A stretch of DNA of 64,000 bases. Origin: Azolla caroliniana. Its lineage: Eukaryota; Plantae; Polypodiophyta. The DNA lies in contig JBHGNT010000003.1 of NCBI GenBank assembly GCA_043228905.1, forward strand, positions 14,942,001-15,006,000. The letters run 5' to 3'. Both the position numbers and the translations under genes were made by a program. Below the pieces are notes generated by a model that did no database searches, was not told the DNA's origin, and worked only from the letters and a program-made list of their open reading frames with translations. Of the stretch, positions 1 to 13,485 are shown piece by piece. The first letter of the stretch is position 1. Every line of letters begins with the position of its first letter.

Positions 1-712
1 CTACCATGCAATTAATGAGTATTCACATTCTTAATGACTATGGTATTCGTCTCACTCACAATAATTGATAACATTATTCTCTACTAGCATGTGGAGGATA
101 AAATATATAAGTTAATCCTCATCAGCCAAACTGGGTTGTAAATTGTAGCCTTTTCTCATTAATATAAGTCTCTTTCTCTCACACAAATATCGGGCAACAA
201 ACGTCTTATTGTGATCCAAGGTTATTGCAAGATTGAGATAAGTTTAGTCATATTATTATGTAGTTAATTATGTTAACAATAGTGACTATATGCCTACATT
301 TGCGGAGTAAGACACTAACGAGAACAAAAAACGTTGTGGTCGAAGGTACAAAAAGGGGGAGTATGCATCTTTTTAAATGCGAGCCTTCTTATTGGGCCAT
401 TACGTTTTCTTCTCGTCCTCCAAATACATCGGATAATATAAGGGAAAAGGTAAAGTTTTAGAAAGGCTTCAGTAAAGAAGCAATAAAGAAGAAGTCCCAT
501 GGTTTTCCCCTCCTACTGAGAAGAGAAGAAACCCTAGGAAGGATATTAAGATTCGAGATCTTTACAATTACGAGGGGACATGTTCCCATCTTCTCTTTCT
601 CTTCTAACCAAATTTGGAATTTGGAGTGGGCTGCATGAGAACACAAAGTTCTCCAAGCACACACACATATTTACATTTATTTGTGGAGGTGTATCATGTT
701 ACAACTTACATG

Positions 713-993
713 CATAGTACATAAAATTCGTGTTCGTCTAGCATAACATTCGTTTTCCTACGTTGGAAAACGAATGCGAATGTTATTCAAACATTCTTGT
801 GTTTTTTTTTCTTTCTTTCTTTTACACCCATTCTTTAATGTTTTTTTTTTCATTTTTAGGCTTATTTACCTCATAATAAGTTATAACTAGTTAATCCAAA
901 AGTATGGTATTGATCATTCTTTAAGGGTGTTTTTCTTAAGCGAATGATTGAAACAGTCGCGAATGCGAGTATGGTACGTATGGTTCATACATG
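713..993. mobile_element. Short hAT-type MITE, same family as 52565-53453 in opposite orientation
   Basis: Begins CATAGTAC and ends GGTTCATACATG. The blocks CATTCGTTTTCCTACGTTGGAAAACGAA and ATGGTACGTATGGTTCATAC are reverse complements of the two ends of 52565-53453. TSD is only approximate (CTTACATG / GTTACATG, offset by 3 nt). Confidence 0.6.
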
Positions 994-1150
994 TAAGTTA
1001 CATGTATGTATGTATGTTTGTACATACATATTGTGTGCTAGAAGAACTTGGAAAACCTTATGTTTTGTATGGGTGTTTTTCAAAAACCAAAGGTTTTCAA
1101 AGTTGTGAAGGCCTAGAGGTGTGTAGTTATGGAGAACTTTGAACCTATAT

Positions 1151-1164
1151 TAGGGTTAGGGTTT
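1151..1164 (-). promoter_or_regulatory. Telo-box (AAACCCTA) followed by a pyrimidine-rich leader; probable Pol II promoter/5' end of the hairpin transcript
   Basis: TAGGGTTAGGGTTT at 1151-1164, CT/CCT-rich tract at about 1195-1300, and a CAG|GTATAA splice donor at 1565/1566. Confidence 0.35.
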
Positions 1165-1335
1165 GTATTTTGAGAGCAGCCAAATTTAATCACCTCCCAC
1201 TTCTTCTTCCTTTTCTTCTTCTTCTGCTCTCTCTCTCTCTCTGATTAGGACTCTTCTTCTTCTCACTCCTCCTCCTCCTCCTCCTCCTCTTCGCCTTCTT
1301 TACAGCATCTGTCTTGTATTTATGGATATCTTTTT

Positions 1336-1453
1336 GCTGCAGTATCAAGGATCTATTGAGCTAGGAGAAGAGATACGTGGTTTTCTTTAATATGAATAAA
1401 TTGGAAGATGAACTTGTGTATCTCTTCTCCCATCTCAAGAGATCCTACTGAGC
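1336..1453 (+). ncRNA. Candidate MIRNA precursor hairpin (no family recognised)
   Basis: 1348-1378 pairs with 1416-1446 without bulges and with 3 mismatches. A lower stem 1336-1343/1447-1453 continues the fold, and the terminal loop is AU-rich. Confidence 0.55.
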
Positions 1454-1604
1454 TGGGTTTTTTCTGCCTCTCACAATATCGTGGAAGAATACTAGCAAGA
1501 TATGTGGGTGATCTATGTGCTGCTTCTGCAAAAAGTGTTTTCATTGATGCAGGGTTTTACGTCAGGTATAATATGCACTCCATATCTATTCAATGCATAT
1601 CTAT

Positions 1605-1606
<2 letters not shown>

Positions 1607-1639
<33 letters not shown>

Positions 1640-1640
1640 T
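1607..1640. repeat. (GATA)n microsatellite
   Basis: Read directly from sequence. Confidence 0.9.
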
Positions 1641-3074
1641 GAATTGTATTCTATGTTCCACATGTGGCTATTTTCATGTTTAACATATGTATTTGCATGC
1701 GGAGTATGAATGCCTATGTTAAAAAAAAAAAGATTATTCATATTGTTTCTTGGAACGATATGGAAAACTTTGTTATGACGTGAGTTTATATGCGCTTAAG
1801 CTAGAGATTGTTTCATATATATTTCTTTTAACTCGATAACCTGCCCAAGTTTGGTCACAAATTCTAGAGTCTCATCACACTGTCGTATCAGAGGTGTTAC
1901 AGAAATCTTTCATGCGTGTGCTGGAATAGTGAAAATGGGAAATTGCATGTTTGTAATCAACACACAGATGGTGAGAGAGATGGAAGGAGAGACATGTTAA
2001 TATACACCCAGACGTTCTCATTTTGTGTTTAATACCTTGTTATATCTTTACTTGAATCTTTGCGACATGGAACATAATGAAATGGAACATAGCATGCAAT
2101 GAAACTACAGTACAGATCTGAATATCACAACGCCTCCCTCCCCTTCCAGATAAGAATTCCTATGTTGCAGTGCAAGTTGATTGTCTAAGTATTTCTCAAG
2201 TTGATCATCACCTATGTAATGGATCAAGATTCAAGCAAAGATCTTAAATAAGCTAGGAGTTTCTTAGCTTATGGATGTTTAAAACGGGTGCATAGCTCTA
2301 ATTTGGTGACTCGCCCTAGATCTTACTAGAGAAATGCAGGTCCCATGGTTGGCTGAGAATATTCTTTATGTCATCAGTCAGACTAACAAAACTCTGTAGG
2401 ACCTCTAGCGGTAGTAGTACTGAAGGTTGTGCTTACAGAATATCGTGGAATTGAATTGATAGGGGCTTTCAACAATTGAATTGGATTAACCTAAGCTTCC
2501 ATCTCTTGCAATGCTGTGATTTCCCTTGAATTGTCTGTTAAAGTATATGATTTCAGGGTCATAATTATGATGATAAAATAGGAACTCTTTTGTGAATGCT
2601 AAAAATGGTAAAAGGTGAATGATTGTTGAGGGTATTAAACAGGTTTTATGTAAATAAGCGTAATAACACTAGACACTAGTATGTCAACTCACAGATCTTG
2701 AAGAAGGTAGTGTGGCTTGATGAGGAACCGTTAAATTTTGGTATGGTGGTGTGATTGTGACATATATAGTACCATCCATCCAAGTTAGGCCATACAGCTT
2801 TACAAGTGAAATAAATTTAGAGATGATAAGAATGTGAAAGGCAAGCAAATGCAAGAGGTTTGAAATGATAAGACGTTTGAAATTTTACAGGAGAGTTTGT
2901 AATTGAGTTATTGTGCAGGATATAGTGGAACCGTGTATGCAAAACGGTGAGGTGAGCATTGAGGGAAAACATTAAAGAGTTTGTTTCTTAACAAGTTTTT
3001 AATTTGTAGGGTTTGATGTCTCTATACCTCCTTACCAATTGGGTTTGACCTCTCTATTCCTCCTTTCCAATTGG

Positions 3075-3266
3075 AAGGTTTTGTAGTTTGGTAGGAATCC
3101 TAATTTCAAAGGAAATATTATGTTGGGGAATAGTGAGAATTGCTTGTATATGCAAAGTGTGATCCGAGAAAGGTTTTGTAGTTTGGTAGGAATCCTAATT
3201 TCAGAGGAAATATTATGTTGGGGAATAGTGAGAATTGCCTGTATATGCAAAGTGAGATCTGAGAAA
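3075..3266. repeat. ~95 bp tandem duplication
   Basis: AAGGTTTTGTAGTTTGGTAGGAATCCTAATTTC...TGCAAAGTG occurs twice head to tail with a few substitutions. Confidence 0.85.
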
Positions 3267-5761
3267 CTTGATTCCAATCCTTGTACATTTCATGCTATGA
3301 ATCAAAATTTAGTGTATGCTTTTCTTTATGGTAAAAGGGAACTGCTGAAGTACAATGCTCTGGTGAATCTTTTGTACATCCAATTGAAATTGTGAAACTC
3401 GAATGCTTTATGGTACTAAGCAAACCTAGGTGCATATTTTTTTTATGAAAGAGACAAAATATCATGCAAAGAAACATTGGTTATCCAACCAATCAGTTGA
3501 ATAAACAAAAGTGTAAAGATATCTTTGAAGAGTTGTGTTGCTTGACTTAATGAGATGTTCTATTGAAGATGGTATTTCAACCTTATCTTCCTCCACAACT
3601 ACACCGAGATTAAAGCCAACATGTTGTAATGAAGCCATCAATAGCACTAATCATAGCCATTTTGTGATGGTTGCTATTCAAATGACCATTTCATCCAACA
3701 ATTTGTTTCTTGTCTTGCATCTTAATAGATCTTGCTTCACCTTGTGTTCTCAAAGAATAATAACCTTATGCAAATTAGGATGGGAAACATGCAACAATAC
3801 CACGGCAAATGGTTTTCATTTCACTTTGCAAACAGATTGATGACCATAGCATGTACATATAATATAAATGCAAATTTGGATCTGTCGTTAGTCTCAAGTT
3901 AAGGTAAATATGGGTAGTGGGATTGCGGACCTGCCAATCTATAATGATAACTATCTATGTGCGCATTCTTTGCAAAATTTGTTATGTATATATGTGACAT
4001 AAATTTGTGTTTGATAAGGAAAGTTGTGTTGTTACTCCACACTTTATTGGGCTTATTCAATCAATTTGCATAGCCTTTGAGAAGAAAATGTGGCTGGTTG
4101 AGATTTTATGGAAGAGAGAAATTGTGACCATGCAAGATAATTAAGGCATGAGCTTCACGAATATGATTCTCTTTTGTATTTCTATTAATATCTTAATGCG
4201 GGAACTGTTACTTGACCCATATCTCTTTTAATGCCTATGTTGTACCATGGCGAAGACTACCTATGAGTTGAGATTGTGTAGCATGAAAAAAACATTTCGT
4301 CTCTATTTTGTTAATAATTAACTTCTCATGTTATTGATTGTCAATTTAATGTGTTTGCTTTCATTAAGTAGTACACCTTTTGGAAATCATTGTGGTTGTT
4401 TGAACTTGCTCACAAAATATCTCATGCTATCCCCAAAGCATTAGCATGGTAGTTAACGATATTGCACGACACCTGGTTGTTCACATTGCGGTTTATCGCT
4501 AGTGAGTATCACATTGTCATAGGCATAGTACAACTAAACATGTAACACCAAATTTGAAATAAATCTAGCTTGGTGAAAGGTGAGAACTTTTTTGACAATT
4601 TCTTTTAGTTTCTATATGTAGTTTAGATTGTTAGGCTTGCAAAATGAATGATGCCATGCATTGTACATATCTTGTTCGCTTCTAATTGCTATAGTATTTT
4701 ACGAGGAGAACAATGCATGCCTACTAATATCAAGAAAGTTCACACAACACTCATTGTTCTTTCGCCTTAGTTTATGTATGTTGCTTTGGATTGCTACCTT
4801 TTGCCAAAATGCATGACACTGTGTTTCATATATTAATATTGCAATTCTTGTCCATTTAGTAAATCTTTGGTATATAACGCAAGGAAGGAGAAATACTTAT
4901 CTTAACCTTCACAAGACATGCCTTATCTGTGTAAGTACGTGTTTTAAAGATATGACTATTTTATGATAGACTTTTCTTGTTTAATTGCAACCATAAATTG
5001 TGTGAGAAAGATCCAATCTTTTTCTAGACCAAAATTTCTTTAAGATATTATCTTTGAAAATTGTATTAGTATTATTATTCGAACAATTACAAGGGGAGGG
5101 TTGATGTTACCAACTCATCTGTTTGCGTTTGATCTAAGACATGGGCTCAACTTTGTCCCACAAGTCATATTCGTCCCCCCATGGCTATATTATTTATAGT
5201 TTGTTTGGTTTGGTTGTTAAGAGTTGTGTTTCAATGCTAAAAAGTTCAGCCTCCCTCCTATCATGCATGTGTTGGATTTGATGAATATGTATTGCACAAT
5301 GTGTACTCTCAATCACCATTAACTAGATATTCTTCGAATCGGGACAAATCAATCAATCACTTAGCTAACTCCACATATATCATGATTGCATGGAAATGTT
5401 TCCCTTTGGACCCATAGGCCATAATGCTTTTTTAAACTTCCGAGGACGATAACCAAATCTTCCCATGAATTGGGTGGTCGGAAGTGACTCGGGAAGAGCA
5501 GTGTGCATGCGTGCGTGCGTGTATCAATCAATTTCCTATACTAATACAATATGTATTGTATGTACACACTTATTGTCGGTTCATTAGCTCATTTACGAGG
5601 GTAGTGTCATGCATGGCACTTCTCTTTGTTCTCTTCTTCTTCTTCTTCTTCTTCTTCTTCTTCTTGTTTATAACACCATACATACATTCATAGAGTATCA
5701 TTACAACATTTTGAACTTCCTATCTCTCTCTCTCTCTCTCTCTCTGCATTTAGTTAAACAC

Positions 5762-5797
<36 letters not shown>

Positions 5798-5846
5798 TTT
5801 AAGAGCATTCATTAACAATAAGAAGAAGAAGAATGTGAAGAAGAAG

Positions 5847-8800
5847 ATGATGATGATGGATGGTTCCGGTGGCTTAACGCATGGTGATGGTGAGGGGATG
5901 GCCATGATGAACGGCTGCGATGAAATCTTTAAACGTGTCTCCAAGCTTCTCCAGCAAGCGAAGTCTCTGCAGAATGCTGGATCTACCCTCAGTTCTCGAC
6001 TCAGAATAGAAGAGCAAAGTCTGAGCCAGAGGGCCATTTCTTTGGAGAAAGACATCAAACGCGTCAGGTCAGATGTTTTCTCTAACTTGGAAACAGGCGA
6101 GATCAGTCCTCAGCTTGCTGAAAAGGTATGTAGGATCGACGGAAAATGTTTCAGCCTCCATAACCCCTTGATTCAATTCAGTTTCTTTGGGTGTAATTCC
6201 TGGGAATTTGGCTTCTTTGGCTGCATTTCATGGACTTCTCTTTGCTATTTAGCTTTCTAGGGGATAATCTATGTTAATTCCCTTTCAGTTCAGCGTTTCA
6301 GGCTACACTTTCTGGAAAATGCTTTTCAGTTTAGTTTTTTCTTTGTTATGCAACTTTTTCTTTGTGTTCAGCTGTCTCACGACTCATAACTCATAGAAAT
6401 TGCCTTTCATTCCAGCGATATTAAGCTATATCAAGCATGCAAATTTCATTTCACTTTTATCTTCTCAGGCCATAGTTCTTTGAAAACTCTCCTCTGAACT
6501 CATATTTCTCTAAGACTAAAATGCACATAAAGCTCCTTTTAATTCATCTGCTCAGGTTACAATTCATGGGAAATGATTCTTTCTAAGGCTATAACTAGGT
6601 TTGTTTCTGCATGCCTTTCTCCAACAGCTCGAAGAAGATATCGATAGAGCACAGTGGATGATATATGAGGGGGATGTAGGGGCACTTCTTCCTCATAAGT
6701 CCAATGGTAAGCTCTATTTGATTGCATTGTTTGACAATGTTTCCTTCTTCAAGTTGTAACCTCTCTGCAAAGCATATCTTTTGCATTAGTGGATAAAACA
6801 TTTTCCTCTATAAATCTGTGTTTGATTTTGCATTAAGAACCTCACATCATGGCTCATGAAAAACAAAGCTTTTCCCTTTGAATCAAGATACTATCTTGTC
6901 AGTCTTTTGTGAATATTGAACTAGCTGTTATGCATACAATTTCATTCATGTAATTCTGGTGTTGTGAAGAGAAACACATGAAGTTTTATTGGTCGAGATA
7001 AGGAGAATCTATTTTGGAATGCATTTTTTTCATATTTTTAGCCTGTCAAAATATGCTATCCCACTGGTGTCTCCTCCTCTCCCAACTCATTTTGTTCTCA
7101 ACTCAAAAGTGGAACACAACTAGCCTTTTCCATAGATAATATCTTTGGATTATCACGACAATGATATCTGCTTGTAAGCTCTCGATTCGTCATTATTACA
7201 AATTTGTGTCATTTTTTCTAATGTAGGGGCTTTCCTCAGATTGTTTCTTGGGCCTGTGAATGTCAAGGCTGCTCGAAATGATGTTCGTTTCAAAGTGAAG
7301 GAAGAGTACAATGCGTATAGGGTAACTTCTACCTGCCATATCTCTTTTATTAGACATGCAAACATGATTATGCCAACATTAGACAATTCAGATATAATAA
7401 TGAAAACCCTGTGATAGAATTTGCATCAGAACCAGGTTTAACTAGTCTCTGCTCTCAAGCATAGTGGTTCTACGAGTATAACATCCTAGGGTCGAGTAGG
7501 AGTTACACCAATATTACAGAAGAAAAATCATTTCAAAGGTGGTTTACCTAGATGATGACATTGTCTTGCGACCTGTATTCTTTCTCAAAATCCGTTCTTC
7601 ATTCTTTTGCAAACTCAATCAGTTGAGTCTGATAAAAGTTCTCAAGATGTTCTTGTACTGTAAAAGACTGTGGGATATGTCTGTCCTTTTTACTAGAATA
7701 AAATAAAAACTGCAAAACTCAGACTAAGGTTCTTTACCATTGCCAACCTACATTTGAAGCTAGAGTTTGGTTACTGATGAAGAGAGGGGATTGTTGGCTG
7801 CATATTTCTAAAGGAAACAGGTCAATTTAAAACTTGGGGGAGTTACTTATAACATGTGGCAGGATGTTTATTCGTTTTTAGCAATGGTGTCAGTTTGAAA
7901 ATGAGACGCTTACTATCAATAGAACAATCCTAATCTTTTTCTTTGTTGATGCATGCATGGATGCCTCAATACTATACATGTTCATATTCTCTTCTAAAAC
8001 ACTATTAGGGCGAGGAAGAGAAACAAAGAGCCTTTGGTGCAACGATGGTCTTTTCCTTCTGATTGAATATGTATATATAGTTTTCTATGTTTGCATCCAA
8101 TTTGTTGATGTTGATTAAACAAACAAGGCTGCAGTTTAGTGTAGTTTCTCATCCATTCTTTTTTTTTCAGGATCGAACTGCTATATTATTTCTGCTATTT
8201 CCATTGATTTTATTGCTAACAAAGAATTGGCTATGTGAAGGCTGCTTCCCTACCTTGCCTGTACAAGTTTATCAGGTAGGAACTGAGTTTTTTATTTCAT
8301 TGAACCTTTTCACCAAATAACTTGTCTGGTTTTATAAACCAATATATGGAGTATAACTTATACAGGCCTGGCTCTTATTCTTCTATACAAGTCTTGCTTT
8401 GCGAGAGAACATCTTGAGGATTAATGGTAGTGATATACGCCCATGGTATGAAAAGTGATGTTTTTTAACGGCATTATTTCCCATGACATTTTTCTTTCTT
8501 AACTAGCAGCAGTATCTGACAATTATGTGATCTAATTTTCTGTGGCTGCACACTATTATTTCAACCTTGGTTCTACGGATATGGGCTTCTTTTATTCTGT
8601 TTATATATCACATGGATTCTTTCCTTTCTTGAGCTATTTAGCACTTTTTAACCAAATAATTGATATGCTCCTGTCGGCATTTGCCTTGTTCTATGGTTGT
8701 CAATACATGCCCTTTGTTTGTGAGTGTATGAACACGAACATATTAACATGTTTAGAGACCTAGTTTTTAGTTCTACTGCTGAATTTAAGGACGCTCATGT

Positions 8801-9921
8801 AGTGGGTTCTACCTTCTTTGTTCAAGGCATTTAGTAGATCATGTGAAAGAAATGCAGTGCATAAATTTTGAGATCTCAATATCTGCTATATTATGTCATC
8901 AATCCATTTCAGGTGGGTTTATCATCACTACTGTGCAATGTTGATGGCAGTTGTCTCTCTTACATGGGACATAAAAGGACGTCATCCCCATTGCGAGGAA
9001 AAGCAGGTCAGATGATTGAATTACTTCAGAACCTATTTATATGCAGTTCACTCAGAACACACAAAATTTGAAGGTTCTAATATGTTTTGATCAGCATGGA
9101 GTATACCTTTTCTTGATATGGGCAGTGATGCAAGGGGTGGTCATGCTACTTCAAAATAGATACCAAAGACAACGACTATATACAAGGATTGCTCTAGGAA
9201 AAGTATATCCTTTCCCATTTAAAATTTTTGCTTCCTGTTATTTTGCCTGCATCCATATGCCAACCTCAAACAGACAAGATCTGAATTAGAAAGTTTTTGA
9301 CGCAAATAAAAATCATTTTTACATAAATGTAATGATCTATGAAGATCCTTAAATCCTCTAACTCAGTGGATTTTCATGTTCATAAATGATATGATGTCAG
9401 GCTGGACGGATGGATGTTGTATGGGGGGAAACAGCAGGTATGGAAGGTCAAATTCTACTGTTGTATCCTCTTCTCTTTGCACTACAGGTATGAATGCGTG
9501 TGACATGTGTATATATGAAATCTTTTGTATTGATATGTTATGTCAACAGTTCAAAATGACTCCATGTATTAACATTCTATGTCACAGTTCTTCCAAGGGT
9601 TCCTAGGATTTCTTCTGCTAAGAGCTGCTTTAACAAAGCAATCTGAGTGGCAGGTAATTTAAGAGCATATTGAAAGAGAGTAGTTTTGTTCTTGAGAAGA
9701 GGAAGAAGGAGAGAAACATGGAGAAAGACTAAGATGAAGAGGAATTTATGGTGGTTGTGTAGGTAATTGGTTGCGGAGTTTTGCTTCTCGTTATGGCATT
9801 GGGTAACTTTGCAAATACCGTGGAGACCTTATTTGCCAAAATGAGAATCAAGAATAGGATGAAAGGCAAGAGTCTTTTGCAGAAAAGTTTTTCCAAAGAG
9901 AACAAGGAGAAGAGTAGATAA
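5847..9921 (+). CDS. TMEM120: TMEM120/TMPIT-like membrane protein, 383 aa. Exons 5847-6125, 6628-6706, 7227-7321, 8171-8275, 8366-8445, 8913-9006, 9095-9202, 9401-9487, 9588-9653, 9763-9921
   Basis: All introns are GT-AG and phases join into one open frame. N-terminal coiled coil plus family motifs FLRLFLGPVNV, KVKEEYNAYRDRTA, YTSLALRENIL.INGSDIRPWWVYHHYCAM, QNRYQRQRLYTRIALGKA..MDVVWGETAG. Confidence 0.93.
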
Positions 9922-9972
9922 GGGGAAGTAATTGGAGGATTAGTGAAAAATCGTTAGGAGATGTGTATACAA

Positions 9973-10003
<31 letters not shown>

Positions 10004-13000
10004 TTTAAATTTATTATTGCTTATCTGGCATAAGTTTGTGAAATGTGAAACCCATCAGCATTTTTGACTCTTTTTGCCCTCACGTTGAAGTGTCATTACA
10101 TTATTTTGGATAATCACAATAGTGGAGTATTATATCAAGATGTTAAAGTGCAGTACATGGTCCGTTGACCAAATATGCACCACCTTTGATTGTTATTCAT
10201 GCTGCAACTCAAAAATAGATTTCTAGCATTGGCATGGTTAAGGCCATAGAACGTAATAAACGTGTTCGTGAAGCATACAAACGTTTGGAAACGAACACGC
10301 TTGAAAAGGGAAAAATGGGCGTTCCTTTTCTTTTTCTTTTTCTTGTTTTGTTATTAGAAATTAGCTCGCCCTAGCTGTAAGTTGTTATGCCACTATTACC
10401 CATGTCTTCGGTTCTAATACCAATTTTCTATTACCTATGTACATAAATTGAATATGATCTTAACATGAATTACCATTGGAATATTGTGACATGGTTCTTT
10501 CATGCTAGATTGAGGATAGCTCAATCAATATTCATAGCTTACATGCAACATTATGTAATTATGATTGATTAGCCCAAACAAATGATACAAATCTTGGCTT
10601 AGAAATCATAGGACACATTTAATGCTCTAAACAATCTTCTAAATGTGTAAAGACTTTGTCGAGAAACTATGTTCACCATTAATGTGGACAGGAATAAACA
10701 ATCTTAATTTAGTTGCATATGTTGGTGAGAAAGGCAATGTTATTGCCAAAATTTGCTCAATAGGCAATTACTTATGCGAAGATGCTAGTAGGTATGTTTG
10801 GCAATTTAAAAATAATGTTCTTTTGCTCATGGGATATTGTCAATTGGATGTGGCCTTTGAAAAGCTTGATGGATGTATGTTTGGATTATCCATTTCGCTT
10901 CAACCTCTTAAAATATTGTGAGTAGAGGAAGAAACTCTAAATAAGGGAACTAGCACAATCATTAGTTGAACAAGAACCTTGAAAAATGTCACAATGTTTT
11001 CAATTGCTAGTCGATCAAGAGGAAGAGAGTGGTCGGCGATCCTAGCGGAATCGAGGATGATCCGACTCAACCCACTCTCCAGTCGGCAACCAAGTCAATG
11101 TTGCTGACACCCGATCCGGAGAAATCTTCTCCTTAGAGGACTCGATGATCGGAGAAGTCCTCTATAGTGCACAAGAAGCACATACGTGGTTGCTGGACTC
11201 TGGCGCCACATTTCATGTAACCCCGAACATCGAATGGTTTTCGAACTATTTGATCAGTGCTAGCAACACAGTCTGACTAGGCAATCGGCAGGAGTGCAGG
11301 AATGCATAATCGCAAGAATTGGCGAAGTACCAATTCAACTGTCAAATGGCAACATGATAGTCCTGCATTGAGTCCGGCATGTGCTCGCACTGAAAAGGAG
11401 TTTGGTCTCCATCGGCATGCTAGCCGAAGACGAGTACATAACGACTATGAGCGAGTCGACATGGATGATCACCTATGGAAACTTGAAAATTGGAAGCGGA
11501 TACAAGTACAACAACTTGTATCCAATGATGGCGATCAATCCAGAAGGGGTTGTGAATGTAGCCGAAAAGTCCGACCCGAACGTATGGCATGGCCGACTCA
11601 GCCATGTGTCTCAAGTCAACTTAGATCGGTTGGTGGCGGTTGGCTACATTCCAAAACTCCAGGTGAAGACGGACTTCTGTGACTATTGTCGATATGGGAA
11701 ACAAACCCGAAGCCCGCACTCTCTCCATTACAAAATGGTACGACAACCCCTAGAGCTCGTGCACACAGATATATGTGGGAATATGCCTAAGAGATCACTA
11801 GGAGGATCCTGGTACTTCATCACATTTGTAGATGATTGTACACAGAAAGTCTGGGCCTATTCAATTGATCTGGAATAGTGATGTAGTCCTCAATGAAGAC
11901 TCTATTCTCTCAGATATGAACCAACAAAAAATAGTTGGTAAAAAGGTCTCCTTCGAAGTCGATAGACATTGAAGAAAGACCGACCCACCGGACTGAATCA
12001 GAGATTCGACAAACAGTTGAACTCGACCAAGCCAACAACACACCTACCGACTCTGATCGGTAGTTGAACTCGAAGACAAAGCCATCAAAGACAAAGCTGA
12101 ATTGACAAGAGTCAAAAAAGGCAAAGTCGACAAGGTGCGAGTTAGAAACAGAGTTGACCTGACCGAGACACCCAAGGCCAAAGGGAAAAACAGATTCGAG
12201 TCGGCTAAGTCTCTCAATCCCAAAGCAGGGGAGGATGTAGTGACATCACCGAAATCCTATCACAAGGGTGAGTCATCCTAAACGACTCCGGACATAAGTG
12301 GTTCAACAAATGCCGGTTGGTCGAAAGAGACGATCGAAGGATCCAAACCGATAATTACGACAGTTAGGAGATCTAGACGAAATCGAAGGCCGACAGAGTT
12401 TTATCAATTGGGCCTCAACTACGTCCACTACACAGATGCAGGCAAACCAAGCACATACGAAGAAGCTATAGCCGCACCGGACGCCAATACATGGTTGCAA
12501 ACCATGAGATCCGAGATGGACTCGATCCATCAAAACAATACAGGGAGCTGGTCCAACTACCAACTGGCAGAAAGCCGTTGCCCTGCAAATGGGTTTTTTA
12601 GATACAAATATGTATTTGACTTAGAGAAACCCAAATACAAAGCTCGGCTCGTCGCGAAAGGGTTCAAATAGGAACATGGGGTCGACTATGATGAGATATT
12701 CTCTCCTGTAGTCAAGATGACCACCTTTCTGCTCCTACTCGGGCTTGTGGCGACAGAAGACCTAGAGCTTGAGCAACTGGACGTCAAAACAATTTTTCTA
12801 CATGGAGATATGGAAGAAGACATCTACATTGCTCAACCGGTAGGCTTCACGGCGACGGGGGAGGAAGGTCACCTCGTATGTCGATTGAAGAAAAGCCTTT
12901 ATGGCTTTTGGTCCTATATGTCGACGACATGTTGATTGCAGGGAGCAATTAAGCCGAAATTGGAAAACTAAAGTAGAGCCTTCACGACAAGTTCGCGATG

Positions 13001-13029
13001 AAGGAACTCGGACAAGCCCAACACATACT

Positions 13030-13413
13030 TGTTGAGAGACAAGCTCAACATTGGCCGGATCGGCTGAAGAAGCTGAGGACCGGATCGGTTGGGACTGATC
13101 GGTTAGGCCGAGTGCGTAAACCGGGAGGTCGTTAGGAAAGATATTCCGTGAGGAATATATTTGGGAGTTAGTGTAGGAGCTCTTGATGAGCATTGAGGTA
13201 CTATCAGTACTTCGGTCAGTCCTTCTAGGACTTGTATAAAAGTGTTCACTGAGAACGTCTTATGTACAGACTGAGTATTATTGTTTAATATATTTTTTTG
13301 TGTTTCTCTCTGTCTCTCCTGCGTATACCATGTAAGCTCAAGCTCTCCATTGAACCTGAGTTTCCTTCCTTCTGTTCTATCTTTATACTTGCTTCCGCAC
13401 GCTACTTTCTACA
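13030..13413 (+). repeat. Copia LTR1 (alpha type, 384 bp)
   Basis: TG...CA ends, followed by PBS; about 13 differences from 24107-24490 by hand count. Confidence 0.95.
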
Positions 13414-13425
13414 TGGTATCAGAGC
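13414..13425 (+). promoter_or_regulatory. Primer binding site, tRNA-iMet
   Basis: TGGTATCAGAGC immediately after the LTR. Confidence 0.92.
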
Positions 13426-13485
13426 GCGAGGGTTGAGAACCTCTCTGCAACCGACACAACTTGACGAAGAAGAACAAGAAGAACG

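Noticed and set aside
1151-1164. Interstitial telomere repeat
   Set aside because: Only two units; better explained as a telo-box promoter motif.
3420-3850. Coding-like ORFs on both strands (3462-3647, 3535-3840)
   Set aside because: No recognisable motif or splice structure; possibly a decayed TE or gene relic, but unsupported.
10245-10440. Possible further hAT MITE starting CATAGAACG with GTGTTCG/CGAACAC motifs
   Set aside because: No convincing second TIR or TSD found.
10643-10921. 92 aa ORF downstream of TMEM120
   Set aside because: No recognisable domain and no supporting gene structure.
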